Below are positions 1 through 8,740 of a stretch of 64,000 nt of DNA, one piece after another. The notes below the pieces were generated by a model. That model saw only the letters and a list, made by a program, of their open reading frames with translations, had not been told where the DNA came from and searched no databases. The position numbers and the translations under genes are program-made. The DNA is taken from positions 16,092 through 80,091 of the forward strand of contig CAYXFA010000006.1 of NCBI GenBank assembly GCA_964464165.1. The letters run 5' to 3'. Position 1 is the stretch's first letter; each line of letters starts with the position of its first letter. The stretch comes from an uncultured Phycisphaeraceae bacterium. GTDB taxonomy: Bacteria > Planctomycetota > Phycisphaerae > Phycisphaerales > UBA1924.

Positions 1-217
1 GGACGCCCCGTCGCGCGGCCCAGCGTGCGAGGGCGATCGCCCCGTCCCCGCCCCCGGACGCGACGTCCAGCACGCGGACCGGCACGCCGGCCAGACGCCG
101 GTGCGCCCGGCGCAACGCGGGGCGGTGGGCCCAACCGGCCAGAGAGAGCCGGTTGACCCGCGCGAGGCCGGCGAGAGCGTGGGCGTGCTCGCCCGGGTCG
201 AGCGCGGGATCGTCCAT
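1..217 (-). CDS. class I SAM-dependent methyltransferase, N-terminal fragment (gene runs off left edge)
   Basis: Hand translation of the reverse complement from ATG (217-215) gives MDDPALDPGEHAHALAGLARVNRLSLAGWAHRPALRRAHRRLAGVPVRVLDVASGGGDGAIALARWAARRGV. LDVASGGGD resembles SAM-binding motif I. Absent from the ORF track because it is open at the window edge. Confidence 0.5.
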   Translation of the reverse strand, partial: MDDPALDPGEHAHALAGLARVNRLSLAGWAHRPALRRAHRRLAGVPVRVLDVASGGGDGAIALARWAARRGV

Positions 218-312
218 GCGTTCGGGCTGGCGCACGCGGGCGGCGATGGCGGTTCTCCTCGGATCGGCCGTGCGATCCTACGGGCCGCCGCGTCGCCCGG
301 GCCCCGCCCGGC

Positions 313-3300
313 TCAGTCCAGCCGCTTGAGCAGGTCGTCCACCGCGGCGCGGAGCTGGCGGTCGACGCCCGCGGCCTCGTCCTCGGGCGTCTGCTCGACG
401 AGGATGTCGGGCATGGCGCCGTTGTTCTCCATGTCCGTCCCGTCGGGCAGGTACCATCCGCGGAAGGGCTGACGCACGCGGGTGCCGTCGACGAGCGTGA
501 ACGCGCCCGTCGAGATGACGCTGCCGTGGGTCTGCTGGCCGACGAGCGTGCCCCGGCCGAGCGTTTTGAACGCGTGCGAGATGATCTCGGCGTTCGAGAA
601 GCTCTTCTCGTTGCACAGCATGTTGACCGGGCCGTTGAACCGCTGGATGTACAGCCGGTCGCGCGGGTAGCCCCGCTGGTCGGGGCTGGCCCCGCGGGGG
701 ATCGTGTACGCGTGGCGGGGGTACATCAGCGAGGCGAGGATCCGGTCGGTGGTCCAGCCTCCGCCGTTGCTACGCACGTCGATGATCAGGCCGTCCTTGC
801 CGTACGCCGCGGCGAACAGGTCGCGCTCGTACTCGATGAGGTCCGGTGCGCCCATCGAACGGATGTGCAAGTAGCCGATGCGGCCGCCCGACCACTCGTC
901 GACCTTGCGGGCGTTTTCGAGCTGCCAGTCGTCGTAACGCATCGCCCGCTCGTCGGCCTGGGACACCGGCGTGACGAGCAGGTCCAGTTCCACGGTCCCC
1001 GCGCCCCCCCCCGCGAGCGGGCGTTTGACGGTCACGAGGGTCTCTTCCCCGGTCCGTCCCACGAGGCGCTGGTCGAGCGACTCACCGGGCCGGAGGGGCT
1101 CTAAGTCGATCGCGGTGATGACGTCGCCGGTCCGCAGGCGCATCTCGCCCGAGTTGGTGCGCAGGCGGGGCAGGACCTTCTCCACCCGCCACGAGCCGTC
1201 CGGGAGCGGGGTGGCGTCGATGCCGAGCCGCCCGGACGCGCGGAAGTCCGGGTTGTTGTAGTCCGAGGGCGGGGTCACGCCGAGGTGCGAGGCGCTGAGC
1301 TCGCCGAGCAGGCGCATGCCCACGTCGGCGAACTCGTCCGCGGTCCACGCCCGGCGGGCGAGCTCGGCGTAGGCGTCGGTCAGGGCGGGCCAGTCCAGGC
1401 CCTTCATCTCGGGGTGGTAAAAGGTCAGGCCGAGCGTGCGGGCCATCTCGCGGAACTTCTGCTCGCTCAGGGCCGCGTGGTCGATCTCGACCGTGTGCTC
1501 GATGCCGACGCGGGTCTCGGACCCGCCCGTGGGCGAGACCAGCACCGCACGCCCGGAGCTGAGCAGCACGACCTTCGAGCCGTCCGCGGCCATGTGCTGG
1601 ACCGCGCCGGAGGTCGCCACGCGTTTCTCGTCCGAGCCGTCCAGCTTCGTGGAGTACACCCCGGAAGTCCCGCCGGCCCCGCCGATGGCGCGGAAGACCA
1701 CGCGGTCGCCGGCCGGGGTGATCTCCAGGCCGCTCTCGCCGCCCGGGTAGCGCGTCACCCGGCGCAGACGCCGGTACGCGTCTTCGAGGTCCTCGGCGGT
1801 GAAGGCGGGCTCTTTCGGCTTGCCGTTCCGGGCGTCGGCGGGCGGCTTCGACCAGTCGATCGCGTCGATCACTCCCAGCTTCTTGGAGGCTTCGGCGCGT
1901 TCCTTGAAGTAGGCGTCGCGGTCCTGCTCGGTCATCGCCTCCAGGTCTCGGTCGAGCATGACGGCGAACACGTCCATCTCGGCCTCCCGCTCGGAGAGGA
2001 ACGCGAGGATCTTGCCGTCGGACGACCACCGGGGCGACACGTCGTTGGCGGGGTGGCGCGAGATGTTGACCGGCTCGAACGCCCCGTCGAGCGAGACGAT
2101 GATGATGTCGGTGTTGAAGTCCTCGTCGCTCGTGGCGTACGCGATGCAGGTCCCGTCGGGCGACCAGCGGAACTCCGTCGAGAAGTCCCAGGACTCCAGC
2201 AGCACCCGGTCCTCACCGGTGCGGAGGTCGCGGATCACGATGTCGCCCCGCGTCCGCCGGAAGGCCAGGCGCAGGCCGTCCGGGGAGGGCGTGGGCAGCG
2301 TGTCCTCGGTGTCCTCGACCACGACGGGGATGAGGTCGAACCGCAACGCGTCCGCCCAGCGGGGGGCGTGCGGGTGATCCTTCTTCTTGGGCTTGGCGTC
2401 CTTCCGGTCCGCCTCGGCGGCTTCTTTGGCCGGTTCGGGCTTCTCCTCGGAGGGCTCGTCGGCCGCCTTCTCGTCCGTGCTCTCGGCGGCGTCGGGCTGA
2501 TGGGCCGCGGCGTCTTCCTTCTTGAGAGGCCGGCCCGTCGCCTCGTCGAACCGCTCCCGCACCTCCTTGCGGGTCAACGCGACCGTCGCGGCGTAGATCG
2601 AGTCGCTCCCGTCCCGGTCGGACACGAAGTACAGCCGGCTCATGTCGGGCGACCAGGCCAGGTGCTTCTCGCGGGCGGGGCTGTCCGTCACGCGGCGGGT
2701 CGGGCCGCCCTCCACGGCGCGGACGAACACGTCACCGAAGGCGACGAACGCGACCACCTTGCCGTCCGGGCTCAGGACCGCCTCGTCCGCGTCGGACGCG
2801 ATGTTGCGCGTCCGACGCTTCGGGAACGCGTCGGCCGGGGCGGTCACCCGCAGGCGGCGGGGCGTGTCGAGCCGCTTGCCTTTGAACCGGGCCACGTACA
2901 GGCCGTCCCACACCACGAACGCGACCACGCGCCCGTCGGCGGACACGCCGAACGAGGACACGTCCTTGTCGTCGAACTCGGTCAGCCGCAGGGGTTCGGC
3001 GTTGGGGTCGTTCGTGTCCAGCGACCAGATGCCGAGGGTGTTGCGCTCCGCGGGGCCGCGGTCGGACAGGAACAGCAGCACGCGGTCGTTGCGCCACTGG
3101 GGCTGGGCGTCGTGGCCGGCCCAGTCCGTGACGCGGCGGAAGGAGCCGTCCTTCTCGTTGTACAGGTAAACGTCCTTGTTGTCCGGGCCGCGGTAATGGC
3201 GGCGTGTGACGCTCGTGCCGCCGCGCTCGAAGGCGTACCAGCCGCCCCCCGGCCGGGCGACCGCGGCCTGCCCAAAGGCGTCGTGCAAGCGCTCCAGCGG

Positions 3301-3753
3301 CCCGCCCTCGACGGGCACGCGGTACGGCCGGGCGGCCCGGTAGGTGTCGCCCTCGACCGAACCGGAAACCAGCACGAACCGGCCGTCGGTAGAGAAGCCC
3401 GACAGGCTGACGCTGGCGTCGTCGAGCGTCACCTGCCGCACGTCCGAGCCGTCCGGACGCATGATGTGCACGGCTCGCCGGCCGGTCCGCTCGGACTCGA
3501 AGGCGATCCACTGGCCGTCGGGGCTCCAGGCGGAGGCCAACTCGTTGGCCGGGTGGGCGGTCAGCCGCACCGCCTCGCCGCCCTCCGCGTCGACGCGCCA
3601 CAGGTCACCACGCCAGGAGAAGACGATCTGCCGGCCGTCCGGGCTGACCGAGGGGAACCGGGGCAGGTCGACCTCGCCCGGCGCCGACCCGGCCGGGGCG
3701 GCCCCTCCGAACAACGACAGGACCAGCAGACCAATGAAAACGCGCCATCCCAT
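313..3753 (-). CDS. tricorn-like protease (TolB/WD40-like beta-propellers + PDZ + S41 peptidase domain), secreted
   Basis: ORF 313..4017. I prefer the internal ATG at 3753, which gives a signal peptide (MGWRVFIGLLVLSLFGGAAPAGSA). The N-terminal part has repeated propeller strings (PSVSPDGRQIVFSWRGDLW, WSPDGQWIAF, LSPDGKVVAF, WSPDGTCIAY, WSSDGKILAF). The C-terminal part is S41-like (DVRSNGGGW, NEKSFSNAEI). Confidence 0.85.
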   Translation of the reverse strand: MGWRVFIGLLVLSLFGGAAPAGSAPGEVDLPRFPSVSPDGRQIVFSWRGDLWRVDAEGGEAVRLTAHPANELASAWSPDGQWIAFESERTGRRAVHIMRPDGSDVRQVTLDDASVSLSGFSTDGRFVLVSGSVEGDTYRAARPYRVPVEGGPLERLHDAFGQAAVARPGGGWYAFERGGTSVTRRHYRGPDNKDVYLYNEKDGSFRRVTDWAGHDAQPQWRNDRVLLFLSDRGPAERNTLGIWSLDTNDPNAEPLRLTEFDDKDVSSFGVSADGRVVAFVVWDGLYVARFKGKRLDTPRRLRVTAPADAFPKRRTRNIASDADEAVLSPDGKVVAFVAFGDVFVRAVEGGPTRRVTDSPAREKHLAWSPDMSRLYFVSDRDGSDSIYAATVALTRKEVRERFDEATGRPLKKEDAAAHQPDAAESTDEKAADEPSEEKPEPAKEAAEADRKDAKPKKKDHPHAPRWADALRFDLIPVVVEDTEDTLPTPSPDGLRLAFRRTRGDIVIRDLRTGEDRVLLESWDFSTEFRWSPDGTCIAYATSDEDFNTDIIIVSLDGAFEPVNISRHPANDVSPRWSSDGKILAFLSEREAEMDVFAVMLDRDLEAMTEQDRDAYFKERAEASKKLGVIDAIDWSKPPADARNGKPKEPAFTAEDLEDAYRRLRRVTRYPGGESGLEITPAGDRVVFRAIGGAGGTSGVYSTKLDGSDEKRVATSGAVQHMAADGSKVVLLSSGRAVLVSPTGGSETRVGIEHTVEIDHAALSEQKFREMARTLGLTFYHPEMKGLDWPALTDAYAELARRAWTADEFADVGMRLLGELSASHLGVTPPSDYNNPDFRASGRLGIDATPLPDGSWRVEKVLPRLRTNSGEMRLRTGDVITAIDLEPLRPGESLDQRLVGRTGEETLVTVKRPLAGGGAGTVELDLLVTPVSQADERAMRYDDWQLENARKVDEWSGGRIGYLHIRSMGAPDLIEYERDLFAAAYGKDGLIIDVRSNGGGWTTDRILASLMYPRHAYTIPRGASPDQRGYPRDRLYIQRFNGPVNMLCNEKSFSNAEIISHAFKTLGRGTLVGQQTHGSVISTGAFTLVDGTRVRQPFRGWYLPDGTDMENNGAMPDILVEQTPEDEAAGVDRQLRAAVDDLLKRLD

Positions 3754-4015
3754 GTGCACACCTCGGAACCAACACGGCGAAGGCCGCCGAAAGGCGGCCG
3801 GGGCAATATAGCGGCAATCAACAAGCTGGGTTGCCGCAGCGCAAACCCAGGCCGAGGCCGGACTTGCGACGGGCCGGCGCCCGACGCGGCAGAATGAGCC
3901 CCGATTCATGGGGATTTCAGCGTCGGGACAGACCCCGGTCGCATCATTCCCCAGACAACCGGGGACAAGGGGTCTCCGGTCACGCCAATCCCTGAACTCC
4001 ACCGAGGGACGACTC

Positions 4016-4174
4016 ATGAAATCTCACACAAAGAACACCGGCCGGATCTGGACACTCATCGCGGCGCTGCTGCTCTCGGGCGGCAGCCTCGTGATGACCG
4101 CCTGCAACACCACCGAGGGCGTCGGCAAGGACGTCGAAGCGGCCGGTGAAGGGATCCAGGACGCCGCGAACTGA
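4016..4174 (+). CDS. entericidin-like small lipoprotein
   Basis: Internal ATG at 4016 of ORF 3908..4174 gives MKSHTKNTGRIWTLIAALLLSGGSLVMTACNTTEGVGKDVEAAGEGIQDAAN. It has a lipobox (MTAC) followed by a CNT.EG.GKD pattern like EcnA/EcnB. Confidence 0.6.
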   Translation: MKSHTKNTGRIWTLIAALLLSGGSLVMTACNTTEGVGKDVEAAGEGIQDAAN

Positions 4175-4216
4175 CCGGCGTTAAAGGTCGTTCCCGTACC
4201 ACACAAGGAGAAAACC

Positions 4217-4393
4217 ATGCTTACTTGGGCCGTCATCTTCTTCATCGTCGCGATCATCGCCGCCGTCTTCGGCTTCGGCGGGATCGCCTCCGGCGCGGCG
4301 TCGATCGCGCAGATCCTGTTCTTCCTCTTCCTCGTGCTGTTCATCATCTCGCTGGTGATGGGCCTGGTGCGTGGAAGGAAAGTCACGGTCTGA
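4217..4393 (+). CDS. DUF1328/UPF0391 family small membrane protein (YtjA-like)
   Basis: 58-aa ORF below the track cutoff, translated by hand: [64 protein letters not shown] at 4205-4210 lies 6 nt upstream of the ATG. The FGFGGIA core is typical of the family. Confidence 0.75.
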   Translation: MLTWAVIFFIVAIIAAVFGFGGIASGAASIAQILFFLFLVLFIISLVMGLVRGRKVTV

Positions 4394-4428
4394 CCGCTGT
4401 CTCGTGGGCAGCATCAAGGAGGTTCCGC

Positions 4429-4668
4429 ATGCGTACCAGAAGCACCCGGCGCTTGTTCAAGGCCATCGGCATCGCGGGTCCGCTCGCCTTGGCGGCCGGC
4501 CTGACCGGCTGCGGGGATCCGAACGAGCCCACCCCTGCCGGCGACCTGGCCAACCCGGACCGGAACACCGGCACGGGCGACACGACCGGGACCGGGCAGA
4601 ACAGCGGTGTCAGCGAGGACACCCAGCCGTCCGGCGATGGTGACCCGGCGGGCTCCGGGCAGCCCTGA
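4429..4668 (+). CDS. small Gly/Thr/Asp-rich lipoprotein, unknown function
   Basis: Internal ATG at 4429 of ORF 4225..4668, preceded by AAGGAGG. Translation begins MRTRSTRRLFKAIGIAGPLALAAGLTGCGDPNEP, with lipobox LTGC. Confidence 0.55.
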   Translation: MRTRSTRRLFKAIGIAGPLALAAGLTGCGDPNEPTPAGDLANPDRNTGTGDTTGTGQNSGVSEDTQPSGDGDPAGSGQP

Positions 4669-4693
4669 CCCAGCCTTCATCTTGCTCCGCAAA

Positions 4694-4727
4694 GCGTCCG
4701 CCGACCCCGGCGGATGCTTTGTTTCTT
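4694..4727 (+). terminator. rho-independent terminator after the small-lipoprotein genes
   Basis: Stem gcgtccgccg (4694-4703) pairs with cggcggatgc (4708-4717), with one G-U pair. Loop is accc, followed by tttgtttctt. Confidence 0.6.
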
Positions 4728-4774
4728 CACACCGCCGCTCGTTGCCCTGTGTACGGCTTGCGCAGCCGGTGGAT

Positions 4775-5053
4775 TCAGGCCCGGTGGTGCCGGACGTGGC
4801 GGGACGAGCCCCACGCCCGACGGGCAGGGCGCAAGCGCGTCCGCCGCACGGCACGCTCGAGCGTGAAGGCGGCCCGTTTCGAGAGCAGCCGCACGATCAA
4901 GAGGGTCGAGATCGTGACCGCGGCGAGGAAGACCAGGTCGATCCAGGTCCAGCCTTGCTGGCGTCCTCCCCGGAACAACGCGTAACCGCTGGCCGAGGCC
5001 AGAACCGCGCACCCCGCCGCCACGGCCGCCGCGTTGATGGGAATGCTTTCCAC
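4775..5053 (-). CDS. hypothetical two-helix small membrane protein
   Basis: ORF 4775..5161. Third-codon positions are strongly G/C only downstream of the GTG at 5053 (VESIPINAAAVAAGCAVLASASGYALF ... WIDLVFLAAVTISTLLIVRLL). The upstream part is T/A-rich at third positions and would overlap the kinase gene. Confidence 0.4.
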   Translation of the reverse strand: MESIPINAAAVAAGCAVLASASGYALFRGGRQQGWTWIDLVFLAAVTISTLLIVRLLSKRAAFTLERAVRRTRLRPARRAWGSSRHVRHHRA

Positions 5054-5109
5054 ATCAGAAGAATCCCCGGGGCCGGTGAAGCGACCCGGAATGGCCGGTG
5101 AATCGCGGC

Positions 5110-6627
5110 TTATATCGCCGGTTCCGGCACGGCCAGGGGCAGGCGGACCGTGAACGCGCACCCGCCGCCGTCGAGGTTCTCGGAGTGGATCCGGCCGCCG
5201 TGCAGCTCGGCCACGCCCTGGGCGATGGCCAGCCCCAGCCCGTGCCCGCGGCTACCGGGCGGGTTTTCAGAACGGGAGAACCGGTTGGCGGCCGACCACA
5301 CGTGGTCGGGGGACATCGCCGGGCCCTCGTCGGAGACCGTGATGCGGACGAAATCCAGCCCCAGCGACCACGACACCGCCACGCGGAGCCCGGGGGGCGT
5401 GAAGCGGATCGCGTTGCGGATCATGTTGTCCAGCATGGTCAGCAGCAGCTCGGGGTCGCCGGCGACCGCGGCGTCCAGCTCGGATTCCCCGTCGAGCAGC
5501 TCGGCGGTCAGGCGGACCCCCCGCTGCTCGGCCATCTTGGAGCTGCGCTCGACCGCGTCCATCACGAGGTCGTTCACGTGGCACCGCTTGCCCCGGACGC
5601 GGCCCGGGCCGTCCCGCAGGCGGGCGAGCATCAGGAAGCTCTCGACCAGGCGGCCGAGCCGCTGCATCTCCTCGCGGGTGGACGAGACAAAGTGGGCGAT
5701 CTCGTCGGGGGCGTCGTCGAGGTTGAGCGTCTGGGCCTCGGTGAGGATCACGGCGATGGGCGTCTTGAGCTCGTGCGACACGTTGGTCATGAACCGTTCC
5801 TGCGCTGCGAAGGCGTCGCGGATGCGCCGGCGGGCCTCCTCCAGCTGGTCGCGCAGGTCGGCCACTTCGATGTTCGAGACCGGCATGTCCAACTCCCGGT
5901 CGAGCGACTCGGGGCCGAGCTCGCTGGCCAGCCGGCGCAGCCGCTCCAGCGGCGACACCGCGATGCCCGCGATGAACCACCCGCTCGCCGCGGCCACCAG
6001 CGTCGCGCCGATCGAGGAGGCCAGGAACGTCCGCCGGGCCAGCACCTGCTGGCGCGACGCGAAGGTGTCGCTCGACGCGACCACCAGCACGTAGGGCTCC
6101 AGGTCCGCCCCGAGCACGACCATCGCGACGGCCCGGGCGTTGTCCCAGCGCTCGGGCGGGTCGGAGTCCCCCGCGTCGCCCGACGCCGCCGCTTCCTCGG
6201 CGCCGCCGACCCGAGCGTTGAGGCGGAGGAACATCGGCCGCCCGCTGGCCAGCAGGTCGTCGAACGGAAGGTCGCGTCTGTCGAACACCGGCCAACCGCC
6301 CCGGGCGGCGGGCAGGCCGTCCTTGCGGAACAGGTCCACGGCGTAGGACTCGCCCTCGATGTGTCGCGTCTGCTGCTCGGCGATGTGGCGCAGGGTCTCC
6401 CGGTCGAGGCCGGGGACCATGGACGAGACCTGCTGCACCATCGCGTCGGCGCGTTCGAGCAGCTGCTGGTCGAACATCCGGTCGATCGAGGCGGACTGGT
6501 AGAGCCACAGCACGCCGCCGGTGACCCACTGCATCAGCGTGTAGATGGCCACCACCCACAGCGTCAGGCGGATCCGGAGGGTGATCCGCGGGCGGGCCGG
6601 GCCGTCTGTTCCCGCGCCGGCGCCCAC
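5110..6627 (-). CDS. sensor histidine kinase (TM-HAMP-HisKA-HATPase_c)
   Basis: H-box FMTNVSHELKTPIAVI, N-box LLTMLDNMIRNAIRFT, and G-boxes VSDEGPAM and GHGLGLAIA. There is an N-terminal TM helix. GTG start lies 2 nt after the regulator stop. Confidence 0.85.
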   Translation of the reverse strand: MGAGAGTDGPARPRITLRIRLTLWVVAIYTLMQWVTGGVLWLYQSASIDRMFDQQLLERADAMVQQVSSMVPGLDRETLRHIAEQQTRHIEGESYAVDLFRKDGLPAARGGWPVFDRRDLPFDDLLASGRPMFLRLNARVGGAEEAAASGDAGDSDPPERWDNARAVAMVVLGADLEPYVLVVASSDTFASRQQVLARRTFLASSIGATLVAAASGWFIAGIAVSPLERLRRLASELGPESLDRELDMPVSNIEVADLRDQLEEARRRIRDAFAAQERFMTNVSHELKTPIAVILTEAQTLNLDDAPDEIAHFVSSTREEMQRLGRLVESFLMLARLRDGPGRVRGKRCHVNDLVMDAVERSSKMAEQRGVRLTAELLDGESELDAAVAGDPELLLTMLDNMIRNAIRFTPPGLRVAVSWSLGLDFVRITVSDEGPAMSPDHVWSAANRFSRSENPPGSRGHGLGLAIAQGVAELHGGRIHSENLDGGGCAFTVRLPLAVPEPAI

Positions 6628-6629
6628 GG

Positions 6630-7304
6630 TCAGTCCATGATCCCGAACCGATACCCCGCGCCCTTGATGGTGTGGATCAGTTCCCGTTCGAAGCCCCGGT
6701 CGACCTTCTTACGCAGCGACGAGATGTACACGTCGATCACGTTGCTGCCCGGCTCGAAGTTCATGTCCCAGACCTTCTCGGCGATCTGCGTGCGCGACAG
6801 CACCCGGTTGGGGTTGCGCATCAGGTACTCGAGCAGCCCGAACTCCTTGTTGGACAGCTCGTGCTCCACCCCGCCCCGCTTGGCGGTCCGGGTGTACAGG
6901 TCGAGCTCGAGGTCCTCGCAGGTCAGCGTGCGGCCCTCGCTCGCCTCGCCCCGGCGGAGCAACGCGCGGACCCGGGCCAGCAGCTCCTCGAACTCGAACG
7001 GCTTGGTCAGGTAGTCGTCCGCCCCGGCGTCCAGCCCGGACACCTTGTCCTCCGTGCTCGACAGCGCGGTGAGCATCAGCACCGGCTTGGTGATGTCGCG
7101 CCGGCGGAGGTTGCGGCACACGTCCACCCCGTCCCGGTCCGGCAGCATCACATCCAGAATGACGAGGTCGTACGGCTCGACGGCCGCCAGCTCCTCGCCC
7201 TCGTACCCCGTGTGGCAAGCGTCCGCGGCGTAGCCGTGCTCGCGGAGCCCGCGCTGGATCGCCGCGGCCATCTTCGGATTGTCCTCGATGATCAGTACAC
7301 GCAT
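6630..7304 (-). CDS. OmpR-family response regulator
   Basis: Internal ATG at 7304 gives MRVLIIEDNPKMAAAI. Receiver motifs are DLVILDVMLPDRDG and KPF. The winged-helix C-terminus has LSNKEFGLLEYLMRNPNRVLSRTQI and IHTIKGAGYRF. Confidence 0.9.
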   Translation of the reverse strand: MRVLIIEDNPKMAAAIQRGLREHGYAADACHTGYEGEELAAVEPYDLVILDVMLPDRDGVDVCRNLRRRDITKPVLMLTALSSTEDKVSGLDAGADDYLTKPFEFEELLARVRALLRRGEASEGRTLTCEDLELDLYTRTAKRGGVEHELSNKEFGLLEYLMRNPNRVLSRTQIAEKVWDMNFEPGSNVIDVYISSLRKKVDRGFERELIHTIKGAGYRFGIMD

Positions 7305-7397
7305 CTGGAGCCCTCTGGGGTTTGTTCGCAGACGCGGCAATCATAGGATGCACGCCCCATCCCCCGCCGTGCCGCCCCTCCCACGCCACGACGCCAA

Positions 7398-7471
7398 CGC
7401 CCCGGGGAGGATTCGAACCTCCGACCTGCGGATTAGAAGTCCGCTGCTCTATCCAACTGAGCTACCGGGGC
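7398..7471 (-). tRNA. tRNA-Arg (anticodon TCT)
   Basis: Reverse complement is GCCCCGGTAGCTCAGTTGGATAGAGCAGCGGACTTCTAATCCGCAGGTCGGAGGTTCGAATCCTCCCCGGGGCG. It folds as a cloverleaf: acceptor GCCCCGG/CCGGGGC, anticodon loop CT-TCT-AA, T-loop TTCGAAT. No CCA is encoded. Confidence 0.9.
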
Positions 7472-7558
7472 ACGCGGCAAGACGCCACCCCGGACAGTTC
7501 GCCCGCACACGCCCGTTGTCAAAGCGCGGGCGCCGTTTCCGCGCCCGGGAGACCGCCC

Positions 7559-8740
7559 ATGCAACGCCCGATCCGGATCATGCTGGCCGCCGCCGCGGTC
7601 CTTCTCGGGGCCTGCGCCTCCCCGGGGCCCGTCCGGGTCGTCACCTGGAACGTCGAGGACCTGCGCCCGGTCCCGCCCGCGCGGACCGACGCGTCCAGGG
7701 CCCGGGCCATCGCCGGGGTCATCCGGCGGCTCGACCCGGACGTGCTGCTGCTCAACGAGATCGCCTACGACCGGCCGGACGGGCCCGGCTGGGAGCCGGG
7801 CGCTCCCCCCGGCTCGAACGCCCAGCGGTTCGCGGACGAGCATTTGCCCGACCTCCGGCTGACCGCCTGGATGCCCGAAACCAACACGGGCGAGCCGTCC
7901 GGGCACGACCTGGACCGGTCCGGGCGAGCCGTCACCACCCCGCCGCCCTACCGGCCCGGCCGCCCGACGCCCGAGCAGCTCGCCTTCGCCAACGACGCCC
8001 ACGGATTCGGGGTCTATCCCGGCCAGTACGGGATGGCCCTCCTCGTGGCGCCGGGGCACCGCATCCTGCACGACCGGATCCGCACGTTCCGGCTGTTCCG
8101 CTGGGCCGACATGCCGGGGGCGGTGCCCCCGCGCGCTCTCGACGGCTCGCCCTGGTACACGGACGAGGCTTGGGCCGCGTTCCGGCTGCCATCCAAGACG
8201 CTCGCCGTCGTGCCGGTGCTCCTGAAAGACGGCGGCGTGCTCCATTGCGTCATCTCCCACCCGACGCCGCCCGCGTTCGACGGCCCCGAAGGGCGCAACA
8301 AGCACCGCAACCGTGACGAGATCCTGCTCATCAAGGCGTACCTGGAGAACGAGCCGTGGCTGGTGGACGACCAGGGCCGACCCGGGGGTCTCCCGCCCGG
8401 GGCGCACGCCGTCGTGCTCGGCGACCTGAACGCCGACCCCAAGGACGGCGATTCGGTCGGCGATCCCATCGGCCGCCTGCTGAAGTCCCCAGTTCTGGGA
8501 CCCGACCCCGAACCCGTCGCCCCAACCCCGCAGGACAGGCTCGACCCCTGGGACACGAGCACCTTCGGGCTCCGCGTCGATTACGTGCTGCCCTCCGCGG
8601 GTTTGCGGGTGGTTGGAACTGGTGTCTGGCGGGAGATCGAGGGCCCGGACGGGCCGGCATCCGACCATTTTCCGGTGTGGGCGGAAATCATCGTGCCGGA
8701 CGCGAAATGCGCCGAGCCAACCTATCATCCCGCACCGTGA
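7559..8740 (+). CDS. endonuclease/exonuclease/phosphatase (EEP) family lipoprotein
   Basis: Internal ATG at 7559 gives MQRPIRIMLAAAAVLLGACASPGPVRVVTWNVEDL (lipobox). The N-terminal VVTWNVE and C-terminal SDHFPVWAEI are typical EEP ends. The longer ORF start would run through tRNA-Arg. Confidence 0.8.
   Translation: MQRPIRIMLAAAAVLLGACASPGPVRVVTWNVEDLRPVPPARTDASRARAIAGVIRRLDPDVLLLNEIAYDRPDGPGWEPGAPPGSNAQRFADEHLPDLRLTAWMPETNTGEPSGHDLDRSGRAVTTPPPYRPGRPTPEQLAFANDAHGFGVYPGQYGMALLVAPGHRILHDRIRTFRLFRWADMPGAVPPRALDGSPWYTDEAWAAFRLPSKTLAVVPVLLKDGGVLHCVISHPTPPAFDGPEGRNKHRNRDEILLIKAYLENEPWLVDDQGRPGGLPPGAHAVVLGDLNADPKDGDSVGDPIGRLLKSPVLGPDPEPVAPTPQDRLDPWDTSTFGLRVDYVLPSAGLRVVGTGVWREIEGPDGPASDHFPVWAEIIVPDAKCAEPTYHPAP

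Noticed and set aside
7322-7558. N-terminal extension of the EEP ORF (start 7322)
   Set aside because: It runs through the tRNA-Arg gene on the opposite strand. The internal ATG at 7559 gives a proper lipoprotein signal peptide.
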